A stretch of DNA of 64,000 nt from the NCBI GenBank assembly GCA_964016885.1, contig OZ024740.1, forward strand, positions 229,772,001 to 229,836,000. Reading direction: 5' to 3'. Below are positions 1-12,929 of the stretch, piece by piece. How positions within the stretch are numbered: position 1 is the stretch's first letter; each line of letters starts with the position of its first letter. A program made the translations under genes and the position numbers. The notes beneath the pieces are model-generated. The model had not been told where the DNA came from. It ran no database searches and was given only the letters and a program-made list of their open reading frames with translations. Source of the DNA: Eledone cirrhosa. Its lineage: Eukaryota.

Positions 1-145
1 ATGTGTGGATGTTTGCATGTATGTGTGTATGTATGTATGTATGGATGTTTGCATGTATGTGTGTATGTATGTATGTATGTATGGATGTTTGCATGTATGT
101 GTGTATGTATGTATGTATGGTTGTTTGCATGTATGTGTGTATGTA

Positions 146-420
146 TGTTCCTCTTGTTTTATAATTTTATAAATGTTTACCAATGGAGAGAGAGAGTCGG
201 TTTCTAACATAGACACAAGACTCTCTCATTGGAATTTACACAACATCAACTAGGTAGATATGTCTGCATGTTTGCATGCATGCATGCATGTGTAGATATG
301 GATGTTATTGTATGTGTGGATGTGTATGTTTTGAGTTATATGTGTGCATGTGCATATGCTTTGTATCTGTACATGTGTATATGCAGTTATTAGATGCAAA
401 ATGTTTGGAATATGTTGATA
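146..420. repeat. Dispersed repeat (second copy at ~43687-43960) next to (TGTA)n-like microsatellite
   Basis: Near-identical text 'gagagagtcggtttctaacatag..caagactctctcattggaatttacacaacatcaactaggtag' at both loci; internal hairpin ccaatg/gagagagtc...gactctctc/attgg. Confidence 0.8.
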
Positions 421-683
421 TGTTAGCCCAACGATCTCCTTCTCTACCCACCTCTCTATTTATTCCTCTCTCGTAAAAAAAAAATATAATGAAAAGAACA
501 AAAAAAACTTATTTTCTAATTATCTCCTCGAATTATATTTGTTTTAGTTATTAAGGTAACAAATTTAACTTAATTAAACATAATTACAATAATTTGAGGA
601 GGAGGGATAGGGGAGGAGGAGGAGGGAGTGTGGAGGAGGAGGAGGGGGAGGAATGGGGGGGGGGAGAAGGACTATGAGGAAGC

Positions 684-719
<36 letters not shown>

Positions 720-780
720 ATCAATTCCGTAAAAATATCTAAAAGCAACAATTATCTGGGTTACTGTATATATATATATA

Positions 781-970
781 ATTGTTTCTACTTTGGGCAC
801 AAGGCCAGCAATTACCCAGTACATTACTGGTACTTTATTTTATCGACCCTGTAAGGATGAAAGGCAAAGTTAACCTCGGCGGGATTTGAACTCAGAATGG
901 CAAGGGCAGTAACTCTATGCGTCAAAGCATGGCGTCCGACCCTCTACTGATACTGCCAATCCACAACCCT
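781..970 (-). mobile_element. tRNA-derived SINE (family A)
   Basis: Minus strand: A-box-like tggcagtatc, B-box gagttcaaatcc, then conserved gcctttcatcc..ggtcgataaaataaagtaccag; many copies in the window. Confidence 0.85.
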
Positions 971-1094
971 CACTGTTTATATATATATAGCCAACATGTT
1001 TGAAATATAGTGGTGGATTAATGATTATACATCATCTATAATCTACTACATGAAACTCTAGGTGCAGGTACCGGAATAAACTTTACATTATATG

Positions 1095-1220
<126 letters not shown>

Positions 1221-1381
1221 CGAAACATAAGTCAATTGCATGAAATCATAATCCTTATATATATATATTATATATATGTGTCCCTACATGTAATTAATAC
1301 ACACAGAGATACAAGTGTAGTCCGACCATATGCCAGTGTGGTTCAATGGCAAGTTAATAAATTAACAAGCCAGAACATATA

Positions 1382-1473
1382 ATATCAAGGGAGTGTGTAT
1401 AAACACAGAAAATATCTTAAAAAATAATAATTAAATTAAAAAAATATTTTCTGTGTTTATACACACTCCCTTG

Positions 1474-1476
<3 letters not shown>
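1382..1476. repeat. Fold-back (~33-bp arms) ending in a (TA)n run
   Basis: atcaagggagtgtgtataaacacagaaaatat ... atattttctgtgtttatacacactcccttgat. Confidence 0.8.
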
Positions 1477-1530
<54 letters not shown>

Positions 1531-1838
1531 ATAATAATAAATTTGAAGACTAAAATCCAAAGAGGGCTCGATAAGGATAAATATATATCAAATATATAAG
1601 AACCGTATGCGTTTACAGATTGACTTTGTTAGTTTCAAAAGAAGATCCCGTTAAGGGTGAAAGCAGCGATTCTTTGCTTAAACTTTAATCTGTTATTTTA
1701 ATAAATATTTGCTCTACGGTTCTTATATATTTGATATATATTTACCCTTATCGAGCCCTCTTTGGATTTTAGTCTTCAAATTTATTATTATTACTATTTG
1801 GCTCCCTCGGTTGAACACACTACTGACTTATATTCATC

Positions 1839-3920
1839 ATGCAGAAACAACATCTGAATATTTCTACAAAGAACATACCCGTACCAAGCAGGAAAACATA
1901 CCTAAAACTCCTGATACAGAAAACAGACGCGTTCGTTAAAAGGTTGCGTTGGCGTGCCTTTTATTTCGATAATCCGCGAAAAGCAGATAACAAACAGGAT
2001 AAATTTGGGTTTAAAACCTATAATAACCCCCCGTGTAACCCAGCATTGCTACCCTTCCAAAATGATGTCTTGGAACTCATACGGAGTATCAAATTTCGGA
2101 ATAGGAGCAATTCCTTCCAGCAGGACCTGAAGAATAGAATTCGTTCTATTAAGGATTCTAATGCCGTGCACGTCCATTCCGACAAAACTGGCAACCTATA
2201 TCAAGTGGTGCGCAGTACTTACCATCAACTGCTACATAATGCTGAAACTAAGGATTACCGTAAAACTAATCGGTGCGTCATCAATGAAATCAACGATGCT
2301 GGATTTTAAATCACCTCTGATCTCAACATCCTGGACCGGACCGAACCTCTGGACCCTATTTCTCCCCACTTTACCCTGAAGGATCACAAATCCAATTTTC
2401 CGAACAACCCCTCTATTCGGTTTATTAACCCTACGAAGTCCGATTTAGGTAGACTTAGTAAAAGGATTCTTGATAGAATTATACCTGAAATTAGAAGTTT
2501 GGCCCCTCTTGCACTGTGGAACAATTCTTTCGCGGTGATTGATTGGTTCAACGGCATATGCAACAAGGAACATTGCCGTTTTATCCGATTCGACATCAAC
2601 AATTACTACTCCTCCATCACTTTATCACTTCTCCTTAGAGCTTTCAATTCCGCTAAAACACTCACAGTGGTTAAGGATTTCTAAGTTGATGTCATCCTCA
2701 ATGCCCGTAAGTCGGTGATTAATTTCGACGACTCTATTTGGATAAAAAATTCAATAGTACCCCATTCGACGTGAGTATGGGCGCCAGCGATTCTGCGGAG
2801 GTTACTGATCTTATCGGCCTTTTCCTTCTTTTCTCTATCAAGGACAAATTCGCCAAAGCGGGCGGTGGTTTGTACCGTGATGATGGTCTTTTGACCATGA
2901 CTAAGTGCGGATCTCGTGCTTGCGACAGGTTCAGAAAAGAACTCACAGCCTTCTTTAAAGGCTTCAACCTCTCTATACAGGTTGAGGCCAATCTCTCGGT
3001 CGTTAATTACCTCGACGTTACCCTCAATTTATCGAATGGCTTGTATTACCCGTATAGAAAGCCGAATGATACGCTTAATTACATAAGTAAGCATTCCAAC
3101 TATCCTACAGCATAACCAAGAACCTGGTAAGAAACGTTTCGTTGAGGCTTTCCCGTCTACCTACTAACGAGCATATTTCAACGACCATTCCACTTATTAC
3201 AATGAAGCTCTTGCTCGGAGTGGATTTGTCGATAAGGTAGCATATACAGAGTACGAAAATAGACCTAGAAGAAATAGATCCCGTCGCATTTGTTGGTATA
3301 ACCCACCATATACTATGGAGGTGGCCACACCATTAGCTAAGATCTTTCTATCCCTTATTACGAAGCTTTTTCCCCCTAGACATAAATATAGTAACATTTT
3401 TAATAGAAATACTATTAAAATTTCTTACTCTACGACTCCTAACCTTGCACATAACATCACAGCTCCAAATTTAGCTAAACTACCTAGCCGTAGGAACACG
3501 TGCAACCCTGTAGTTAGTACTAACTGTAATTGTAGGAATCGGGTTGATTGCCCCCTATCCGGGTATGCTTCTCTAGTAACATTGTCTACAAATGTAAGGT
3601 TGAAACACCCACGTCCCGTAGGGCCTACATAGGGTTAACCGCCAATAGATCCAAGCAGCGTCTTTACATGCATACCCATTCTTTTCGTTACCCTCTAAGA
3701 CAACCACACCCAATATAAGTTACACTGGGAGATCCTAGTTAGGGCTAGATCGTATAACGGAAATAAAAGACCATGTGACCTCTGCGCCGCTGAGGCCCTG
3801 GAAACACTCTACGCCACAGACCACATCTTAAACAAAAGATCTGAGGCAATTTCGGCTTGTAAACATAAATTGCACAAAACTTTCCTGTATTACAGCCCCA
3901 CTTTATACCCTAACGGATAG
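1839..3920 (+). pseudogene. Disrupted PLE reverse transcriptase + GIY-YIG endonuclease
   Basis: STKNIPVPS..KRLRWRAFYF, TLKDHK..INPTKSDLG, MGASDSAEVTDLIG, GLYRDDGL, NYLDVTLNL, CNCR..CPL, NIVYKC..AYIGLT, CDLC..LNKRSE..CKH across frames; TAA stops at 2307 and 2682 plus frameshifts. Confidence 0.9.
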
Positions 3921-4316
3921 TACGATCTATACGTGGATATTTTACGTCTTGATGTGGTAGCTAAGTATATGTTATGTTTATACCATTATTTATTTGCATA
4001 GGTAAGTATATATTACCTGTATGTTTTATGAAGGTACGTATACTTTCTCGTACGTATATTTGATTGTATATGTTATGGCGTATAATTTTATATATTCTGG
4101 TACATATGGTTTGGTTATGTGTATACGGGAGTTTTGCGTCTGTGTGAGTATGCGGGTTCGTACGTATGTAGGGTGTGTGTATATGTTTACTTCATGTTTT
4201 GGTTGACGTAGTCTCCGAACATTTGTTTATTTACATGTAGGTATGTGTGTGCGCTTGTTATATATGTATTTATTTATTTATATACGTTTATTTAATTATT
4301 TATTTATTTGTATACA

Positions 4317-4379
<63 letters not shown>

Positions 4380-4552
4380 TTATATGTGCGTGGTTTTGTA
4401 TACCTATGGCGAGTGTTTTCGCGTATGCTTGTGTATGTACGTATTTGCATGCGTGTATGCATTTATTTAATTTCTATTACCTCTGTATTGTATTTTATTT
4501 ACTTTATTCTTAACTCTGAAGCGGAGATTCATTCGGTTTCCTAGTTAGAATT

Positions 4553-4822
4553 TTAGTCTACGACTTCAGCTATACCATTTACGTGGTTTTGTCTTTGCGT
4601 GCAATTGTTCTCCCCGCTCCACATATGATGTATTATCATCGTTTTTTAAGTTCATTGCCAGAGAACGTCTCTATGAACTACCTAAGAGAATATTAGTCTA
4701 CGACTTCTTTTATACCATAAACGTGGTTCTGTCTTTGCGTGTAATTGTTTTTCACCGCTCCTATTAATGACGTATTATATTCGTTTTTTCCCGTTCTTTG
4801 CCAGGGAACGTTCCCACGAACC
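4553..4822. repeat. Diverged tandem duplication (~140-bp unit) in the PLE 3' UTR
   Basis: ttagtctacgacttc...gtctttgcgtg.aattgtt...ttgccag.gaacgt at 4553 and 4693. Confidence 0.75.
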
Positions 4823-5012
4823 AAAGTATCGTCTTCCTGTCTTCCTCCGGTTGCAACGTTTTTTGAAATATTCACTTCTGCGTTTACAGATTGACTTTGT
4901 TAGTTTCAGAAGATCCCGTTAAGGGTGAAAGCAGCGATTCTTTGCTTAAACTTTAATCTGTTATTTTAATATATATATATATATATATATATACATGTGT
5001 GTATGTATACAA

Positions 5013-5050
<38 letters not shown>

Positions 5051-5454
5051 ATAGATTTGAATGTATATAGATAAATAGATAGATATTACTTTCTTCTTGG
5101 TTTTTTCTTTGTTTCATTCTTGACTCTCCTGGTATAAGAGCCAGCACACTTTTTCCTTGACGTCACACATTTCTGTGTACATGTAGCTTGATTGCTATAA
5201 ATTGATGTTTTGTCTCTCGTCTCTTACTCCACTTAACAGTGTTTGGCTTGTATCAGACGCTGTGACACCGGATGGGTCAACGATGCCGTTGGTAGCGGTC
5301 GAAACTGCCAAAGCTTACCTCAACGGCCGATGACTCTGGGTTCTGTGTCCCTTGTTTGTATTATCATTTATAACAAATATCTTTTAAAGGTTTCCCCTAA
5401 AAAAAAAAATTGTTTTCGTTCGTTGTCTTGTCCTCTCTTTGTCTTTTTCTTAAG

Positions 5455-5494
<40 letters not shown>

Positions 5495-5595
5495 TATTGA
5501 AATTTCCGTTGAAAACAGAAAAGGTCATAGAAGTGAAGAGTGCTCTATGTAAGTACCAGAGCAAAGTTTAATGTATAAAAATCAATACAATATAA

Positions 5596-5671
5596 TTACC
5601 TCATTACCAGAGCTTTCCCGAATGAGGCGAATACGAAAGAAACGTCTTCATTCGTTCGTCAGACGAGGCAA
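5596..5671 (-). ncRNA. Type I hammerhead ribozyme (PLE-type)
   Basis: Minus: ttgcctcgt-CTGACGA-stem II (cgaatga/tcattcg)-GAAA-gctctg-GTA|atgaggtaa; 9-bp stem I with wobbles; stem III imperfect. Confidence 0.7.
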
Positions 5672-5913
5672 TATAAAACATGGGTAAATACTTGGAAAGT
5701 TTCATCAAGAAAAGCAAAAAAATTATATTAATATAGACAAATGAATTACAATAGCCATATGAAATATATAAAAATCTTTCAAGAAATATAGTTAGGTGTG
5801 TGTATATGTATGTATATACGCTCACAGATGTACATATATGTGTATGTACACATGTATACGTATAGTGAAAAAGTGTGCGTAAATATATGTGTAAGGGCAA
5901 GTGTATATATATA

Positions 5914-6322
5914 TAGTTAGGGAAGCAGAAAATTACTTTTTGTGATCCAGTTCGTGGTTAAGAAAGCCAGTTTCATGGACGGTTTCAACGTACGGTTAGG
6001 GGTAACTCCATAAGTTTGTAAGAATTCCGTTCAATCTTGGAGTATAAAGTATAAAAGAGAAAACACAGGTAAGCATTAAGAGAAGGATTTTATCCAGGTA
6101 TTTACGACCGTTTCATTGGTAAGTGCAACCTTATATTGCTATACTGCAAATAGCAGTAACTTACTCACTATTTTGAAAATTTGGACTGTGAACAACAATT
6201 ATAATTGAGTGGCTGCTATTTGCAGTATAGCAATATAAGGTTGCACTTACCAATGAAACGGTCGTAAATACCTGGATAAAATCCTTCTCTTAATGCTTAC
6301 CTGTGTTTTCTCTTTTATACTA
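5914..6322. mobile_element. Asymmetric fold-back PLE pLTR remnant in (TA)n
   Basis: Arms ~6047-6157 and ~6212-6322 are near-perfect inverted copies containing the 3' half of an HHR core (GAAACggtcGTA); left arm has an extra tail 5914-6047. Confidence 0.7.
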
Positions 6323-6331
6323 TATATATAT

Positions 6332-6371
<40 letters not shown>

Positions 6372-6615
6372 TATAAAAGAGATATGTATGTTGGTTGGTT
6401 GGTTGGCTGGCTGGTTGGCCGGTTCCTTCGCTCATCACACAAAAACGAAATCTGGCAATCCAAAAGTAACTACAGCAGTGGAATAACGGTATATTCAGGA
6501 AGGTTCATTGATACTCATTTTATAACATCAATGAACGAGAAAAACATCCCGGGCATTCGTTTTCAGCGATGATCGTGTTTCGCGGCCAGCGTCTCCGTGG
6601 AATCGAACGGTGGAT

Positions 6616-6704
<89 letters not shown>

Positions 6705-6879
6705 ATATATAATTATCTTTGGAGGTGAAATTTATGTTTTTTTACGTGTTTTTGAACGAATATAACCTTCAAAACCGCCGGGTATTGTTGTGATATGTTT
6801 TTTTTTTTTAGTAAACAAATAGTTTATTATATGAAATGAATGGATTCAAAAAGGCACTGAATACATGTGTGAAAGTGAC

Positions 6880-7130
6880 GTCCGAACGAGTATCCTCCAC
6901 TATCTGCCTCTGGGTCATGACTGACAGGGTGGAGAATGTATTGTCCCGAAGGACTTCGAGGGAGACGCACTGAAACAGCCACTCCACTTCGCGGAGTTCG
7001 TACCTGCCGGTGCCCAACTCTACTCCGATAGCAATGAGTAGGGATATTATCCGGAGGCCAAGAACGCCGGAAGTCTCCTCTGCTACAGGCACTACCACTA
7101 AACTATCTGAGAGTGACCGATACTTGGAGA
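6880..7130 (-). mobile_element. 3' fragment of CRE-like non-LTR retrotransposon (RLE C-terminus)
   Basis: SKYRSLSDSLVVVPVAEETSGVLG...REVEWLFQCVSLEVLRDNTFST; homologous to 25545, 61150 and 62700 copies. Confidence 0.65.
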
Positions 7131-7141
7131 TAATATGCTTA

Positions 7142-7923
7142 TCTATATATAATATAAACGATTGCAACTCCCATCATCCTTTTGAGAAACCTGGACCAGC
7201 CACGTCTATGCAATGGCACACGCTTAACAGTCAGGTGGATAATGAATCATCTCCTTGAGCAGGCATGTCAAACTGAGGGTCCTCCGAGGGCCACATTGGG
7301 TCACATAAATGTTGTCTGAGGGCCACACACGACAACTAATTGCGCACATTATAACTAATTTTTAACTAATTTTTTTTTATATATTACGAACATAAAATAT
7401 TCTCGCGCTGGAAAACCCTTTGTGCGGGCCGCAGGTGTGCTTGTAAAGGGCCGCATGTTTGACATGCCTTTCCTAGAGGATACTATTCTTGGAGGCAATC
7501 ATCAAGGAGAAAATGCATTTATTGCAAGATTCTTCTTATCCCTTCCTCTACCGAGCTGCGAGCTGCTATTCAAATTCTCAAGCCTTCAGTTCCCTATGAG
7601 AATCAGTTTTGTTATGACCATAAAGAAAGTTCAGGGTCAGAGTCTCAAAGTTGTAGGATTGAATCTGAGACAATCGGTTTTTATCCATGGATAGTTATAT
7701 GTAGATTATTCACGTGTAGGAACACCTAGAAATCTTCATATGTGCTAACAATAAACCAAAGAATTTGGTGTATCTGGAAGATTTTTGACAGTGTTTGTTT
7801 TGTCACACACACACTACGTTATTGCCTCATACTGTAAATCGAACAAAGCATCCAATACAGTCATTTTCTCTTCTACCGGTCTTCTCTTATAAGTTTACCC
7901 GGGCGAAGCAGGGTACCTCAGCT

Positions 7924-7925
<2 letters not shown>
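7142..7925 (+). mobile_element. Non-autonomous Helitron with PIF1-like helicase C-terminal remnant
   Basis: Candidate A|TC start (tctatatataatataaa); LQFPMRISFVMTIKKVQGQSLKVVGLNL..VFIHG*LYVDYSRV at ~7480-7740; 3' hairpin acccgggcgaagcagggt and CTAG|T end. Confidence 0.8.
7260..7470. mobile_element. hAT (Charlie-like) MITE nested in the Helitron
   Basis: TIRs CAGGCATGTCAAAC / GTTTGACATGCCTT; 8-bp TSD tccttgag / tcctagag. Confidence 0.85.
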
Positions 7926-8002
<77 letters not shown>

Positions 8003-8036
8003 ACATACACACACACGCACACACACACACCATACA

Positions 8037-8132
<96 letters not shown>

Positions 8133-8134
<2 letters not shown>

Positions 8135-8450
8135 GATTCCAGTTCCTCAGAGGAATAACAACACACCCAGGAGCTGGACATATCGATGTATTGACGGAGT
8201 AAAACACACTTCAACAACATGTGTACCTGTCTTTTCCACACCAATTAGGACTGCCTGAAGAGGTCACAGCCAATGATGGCTGTCACCGAAATATACATAG
8301 CAGTATATTTATAATTTATAATAAACGAAACCAAATTTTACATATTTGACTTAATTAGTTTACATTACTCCGGAGTAAACAAACCAACCTGCGTACTTCG
8401 TCGAGTGCTCCAATCTGCATACTAGGGTGTCGGTAAACAACCAGCATATA

Positions 8451-8452
<2 letters not shown>
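8133..8452 (+). mobile_element. ~320-bp non-coding HHR element in (TA)n (related copy 18140-18515)
   Basis: Shares start (atgaYtccagttcc), HHR and 3' tail (ccggagtaa.caaaccaacctgcg.acttcgtcgagtgctcc) with the 18 kb copy. Confidence 0.8.
8250..8304 (+). ncRNA. Type I hammerhead ribozyme
   Basis: actgc-CTGAAGA-ggtcacagcca/tggctgtcacc-GAAA-tatac-ATA|gcagt; predicted cleavage after 8299. Confidence 0.85.
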
Positions 8453-8487
<35 letters not shown>

Positions 8488-8516
8488 CCGACCAAGTTAT
8501 TCTTCACCTTGTTACT

Positions 8517-8565
<49 letters not shown>

Positions 8566-8814
8566 CAAAATTCAGCTCTGGTTGCAGCCAAGCTAACGAA
8601 TGCAGCCGGGGTGTGCAGCTAAGCACTCAATAAGGTATATTACCTTAGAGTTATAACATTACGTTTAGACAGCTTTGGAAATTGAAGACAGCGACCGATA
8701 GACGAGCCGCAGTGACCAAAGCGACGGAAAAAACTGAACTCAGGAAAATCTGACAAACCTGGACCATCGCGTCGATACCACATATAACACATAATATATA
8801 ACATATATATATAC

Positions 8815-8884
<70 letters not shown>

Positions 8885-8886
<2 letters not shown>

Positions 8887-9393
8887 TTAGGTTGCTGGTT
8901 CACCACTGGATAGAACTGGTCATTCCGTATGGTCAACCTCGATGTAATATTATGGAGAGCACTCAACGTAATGCAACTCACCCGTCTTCGTTTGTGTTGT
9001 TGGTGGTGCGAGTACGGAGTTAATTATTATAAAATAACAGGAGGCTGGACTGGCGTAATTCCTTAAAAGGTTTATTATACTATGAACATTTCAATGACTG
9101 GGTTCAGTATGAATCGGTGACATCATCAGGTATTCGAAATTTAATAAAGGAATAGGAATATAATCCATGGGCTGAAAAGGCAGAGAGACAAGAAGGCGGC
9201 CACACATTTAGCTGTTTCTAGTTCGGTCGGCCGCCTTCTTGTCTCTCTGCCTTTTCAGCCCCATGGATTATATTCCTTTGTTAAATTTCGAATACCTGAT
9301 GATGTCACCGGATTCATACTGAACCCGCTCATGGACATGATCATAGTATAATAAACCTTTTAAGGAATTACACCATTCCAGCCTCCTGTTATT

Positions 9394-9400
<7 letters not shown>
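8885..9400. mobile_element. Asymmetric fold-back HHR/pLTR element in (TA)n
   Basis: Inverted arms ~9025-9200 / ~9229-9400; tail 8885-9025 on left arm only. Confidence 0.8.
9077..9133 (-). ncRNA. Type I hammerhead ribozyme (stem II imperfect)
   Basis: Minus: atac-CTGATGA-...-GAAA-tgttc-ATA|gtat; opposite-arm copy (~9292-9348) has a damaged GAAA. Confidence 0.6.
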
Positions 9401-9475
<75 letters not shown>

Positions 9476-9478
<3 letters not shown>

Positions 9479-9785
9479 GGTGAGTAATATTGTAGAACAA
9501 TAAAACTATGCATATATCAGATAAGTAGCACTCAACAGTTGGTAGAACTGGAGTATATATTAAAGAAGAAATAAAAAGATGGTTAAAAAAAGTTCTATTT
9601 TATTATGCGCATTTCGAAAACAACATCATCCTGGGACAAAAATTGTGACAAGTGTTTTTAGGCCTCATATCATGTTACCTTATTTTATCTGATGAGAACA
9701 CAATTTTTGTCCAAGGATGATGTTGTTTTCGAAATGCGCATAATAAAATATATGGAACTTTTTTAACTATCTTTTAATTTCTTCT

Positions 9786-9787
<2 letters not shown>
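9476..9787. mobile_element. Asymmetric fold-back HHR/pLTR element in (TA)n (same family as 29918-30308)
   Basis: Inverted arms ~9563-9648 / ~9698-9787; tail 9476-9560. Confidence 0.8.
9682..9749 (+). ncRNA. Type I hammerhead ribozyme with palindromic stem III
   Basis: attttat-CTGATGA-gaacacaa..ttgttttc-GAAA-TGCGCA-TA|ataaaat; perfect 7-bp stem I. Confidence 0.85.
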
Positions 9788-9847
<60 letters not shown>

Positions 9848-9859
9848 GAGAGAGAGAGA

Positions 9860-9936
<77 letters not shown>

Positions 9937-10164
9937 ATTTCAACGTTCATAAATAATTATTTCTACATTTGAAACAAGGCCAGCAATTACCAGTACATTA
10001 CTGGTACTTTATTTTATCGACCCTGTAAGGATGAAAGGCAAAGTTAACCTCGGCGGGATTTGAACTCAGATCGTAAAGGGACGTAACTCAACATTCATAA
10101 ATAATGCGTGTAGGATTCCGAAAGCACGATAAAAACCATTTGTACACATTTTGATAACCTTGCA

Positions 10165-11180
10165 TATTGTGTGTATGTAATATATGTATATGTATGTGTG
10201 CGTGTATGTCTCTTTGCATATGTGGTATGTGTGTTCCTCTGCATGTGAGTATGTCACTGCGTGTGTGTGTGTGCGTAAGTGTGCGTAGCTGCGTGTGTAT
10301 GTATATGTCTATTTGTGTGAATGTGTGTGCACGTGTGTGTCACTTCATATGTGTGTATCTGCATGTATGTGTGTATGTGCGACTGTGTGTGTATGTGACT
10401 ATGGGGCGTGTGACTATGGGGTGTGTGCGTGTCTATGTGTGAGTGTGTGTCTATGTGTGTGTCTCTACGTGTGTGTGTGCGTGTCTATGTGTGTGAATGT
10501 GTGTGTGTCTATGTGTGTGAATGTGTCTATGCGTGTGTGTATGTGTGTCTATGTGTGAGTGTGTGTCTATGTGTGTCTCTACATGTGTATGTGTGTCTAT
10601 GTGTGAGTGTGTGTCTATGTGTGTGTCTCTACATGTGTGTGTGTGTCTATGAGTGTGTGAGAGAGAGAGTAAGTGTGTGTCTATGTATGTGAGAGAGAGA
10701 GAGAGTGAGTGTGCGTGTATGTGTGTGTCTCTACGCGTGTGTGTGTCTATGTGTGTGTCTCTACGTGTGTGTGTGTGTCTATGTGTGTGTCTCTACGTGT
10801 GTGTGTGTGTGTCTATGTGTGTGTATCTACGTGTGTGTGAGAGAGAGAGAGAGAGTGAGTGTGTCTCTATGTGTGTGTGTGTCTGTGTGTGTGTGAGTCT
10901 ATGTGTGTGTCTCTAGGTGTGTGTGTGTCTATGTATGTGTGTGTCTGTGTCTCTACGTGCGTGTGTGTGAGAGAGAGAGTGAGAGTGAGTGTGTCTATGT
11001 GTGTGTGTGTCTACGTGCGTGTGTGTGAGAGAGAGAGTGAGAGTGAGTGTGTCTATGTGTGTGTGTGTCTCTCTACGGTGTGTGTGTATGAGAGAGAGAG
11101 AGAGAGAGAGAGTGAGAGTGAATGTGTCTATGTGTGTGTGTGTCTCTACGTGTGTGTGTGTCTATGTGTGTGTATGTGGG
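10165..11180. repeat. Compound (GT)n/(GA)n low-complexity satellite
   Basis: Repeated gtgtgtctat / gagagagt units. Confidence 0.9.
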
Positions 11181-11494
11181 GGGAGGGGACTAGCTGTTAA
11201 TGGAACATCTGTTTAGGAAAAATCAAACAAATGTCTCCACACTTGTGTATAATAAATCAATACATACATATTGATATAACACACATATATATATACATAT
11301 ATGCCTATATGTATATATATATATACAAGCATATATATATATATGTATATGTATATATGATTTTTAATGCGACGAAATATCAATGATGGTTGGCAAATCA
11401 CTGACGAAGGACTATTTTTATCATATGTAACCCATGTGCAACCACGCAGTATTCTTCTTTCTTCTCGTGTTTTATATATATATATATATATATT

Positions 11495-12341
11495 TGATAT
11501 ATCTCATATGAAATGATACAGCCAATTTTCCACACAATATAATTAGTTAGCACCCCGATCGTTTAATTAGGAATATACTCAGGTATTTCCTAATGTCTGT
11601 TGAGTGAGTTGGGATTTGGCCGGAGTATCGCTATTAGCTTTCTCCGATTATGTATTTATATATTTACTCTTGGTGCAGCGGATATGAACTTTCCCGATAT
11701 AAGGTATGACTCTCTTTGTTTATTTTTTTATGTGAATATTGATTGTTTCTTGTATCTCATTCTGTTATTTTTCCCGAGAAAATATCTGTGTGTCATCAAG
11801 CGATGTACACATATGGTTATTTTTTCAAATCCAATTGAGTTCTAGCCCGTGGCTTGAATTCTTTTCAGAATTCATTGACCTGCGCATGTATTGTTTTTTG
11901 GCAGCAATCTCCTTCCTCCTTTTTTGAGACAGTGTGAGATTTTCTTTAGAATTTTGGGCTAACAACCTAGCAGCTACCTCATGCACTGATGATGATTATC
12001 GCTAGATATTGATGTTGATTTGATTATCAATATTAATATTATCGAGCACCGACTGAAGAATTATAAGAGCCCACTTGAATAAGTATCTGTTGATCTTATA
12101 CAAGCTTCTACATAAATTGGTATAATTTCACCCAACTTGTAGAAATCTTATAATGAAACGAGACGTCCGTCTGGGAAGAGATATATTTGATATATCTCAT
12201 ATGAAATGATACAGCCAATTTTCCACACAATATAATTAGTTAGCACCCCGAACGTTTAATTAGGAATATACTCAGTTATTCCCTAATGTTTGTTGAGTGA
12301 GTTTGGATTTCGCCGGAGTATCGCTATTAGCTTTCTCCGAT

Positions 12342-12345
<4 letters not shown>
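11495..12345. mobile_element. Probable PLE remnant: ~160-bp direct repeats (11495-11655, 12186-12345) with a long-stem HHR-like motif
   Basis: Direct repeat read directly; CTGAAGA (12053)-attataaga..tcttataat-GAAACgagacGTC (12155-12167), stem I degenerate. Confidence 0.5.
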
Positions 12346-12405
<60 letters not shown>

Positions 12406-12474
12406 TATGGAATACTGTTGGCTTTTTGCTACAATATTTTCTATACCTTTCATTTATATATATATATATATATA

Positions 12475-12725
12475 TTAGAATTGGTGCTCTGAAATACCGA
12501 TATATATATGAATGTATATATAGTGTATTTTGCAATACACTGTATGCTTAATTAAAAGCATTTCGAAGACCTTACGCTATTGTTTTAGAGTAGTGACAGT
12601 CTCACTTACTTTAAATTTTCAGCAAACAAGGGGAGATAAAGTTGACAGAGCTCTGTTTCGTACTTTTTGGTACTTATCAAAGCTAAGTACTCCACCTGCT
12701 TGCTGAAAATCATGAATGTTTGATT
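12475..12725 (-). mobile_element. HHR-bearing non-coding element in (TA)n (copies at 63638-63880, 63940-64000)
   Basis: Shared ttag.attggtgctctgaaata.cgat start; minus-strand degenerate HHR at 12640-12684 with palindromic stem III GAAAC-AGAGCTCT-GTC. Confidence 0.65.
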
Positions 12726-12769
12726 CTTATATATATATATATTCATTACATACATATATATATACAAAC

Positions 12770-12812
<43 letters not shown>

Positions 12813-12849
12813 TACATACTTACATGCATATATACATACATTCACTCAT

Positions 12850-12929
<80 letters not shown>

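Larger units (their letters stand above)
1528..4970 (+). mobile_element. Near-full-length Penelope-like element (Naiad-type) with pLTR direct repeats and a 5' inverted segment, inserted in (TA)n
   Basis: Direct repeat 1608-1703 / 4877-4970 brackets the RT-GIY-YIG ORF; 1528-1608 is the reverse complement of 1715-1797; (TA)n on both sides. Confidence 0.85.

Noticed and set aside
1839-3920. Selenocysteine recoding (reported in some Naiad PLEs)
   Set aside because: The in-frame stops I traced are TAA or frameshift-related, not TGA, and no convincing SECIS was seen
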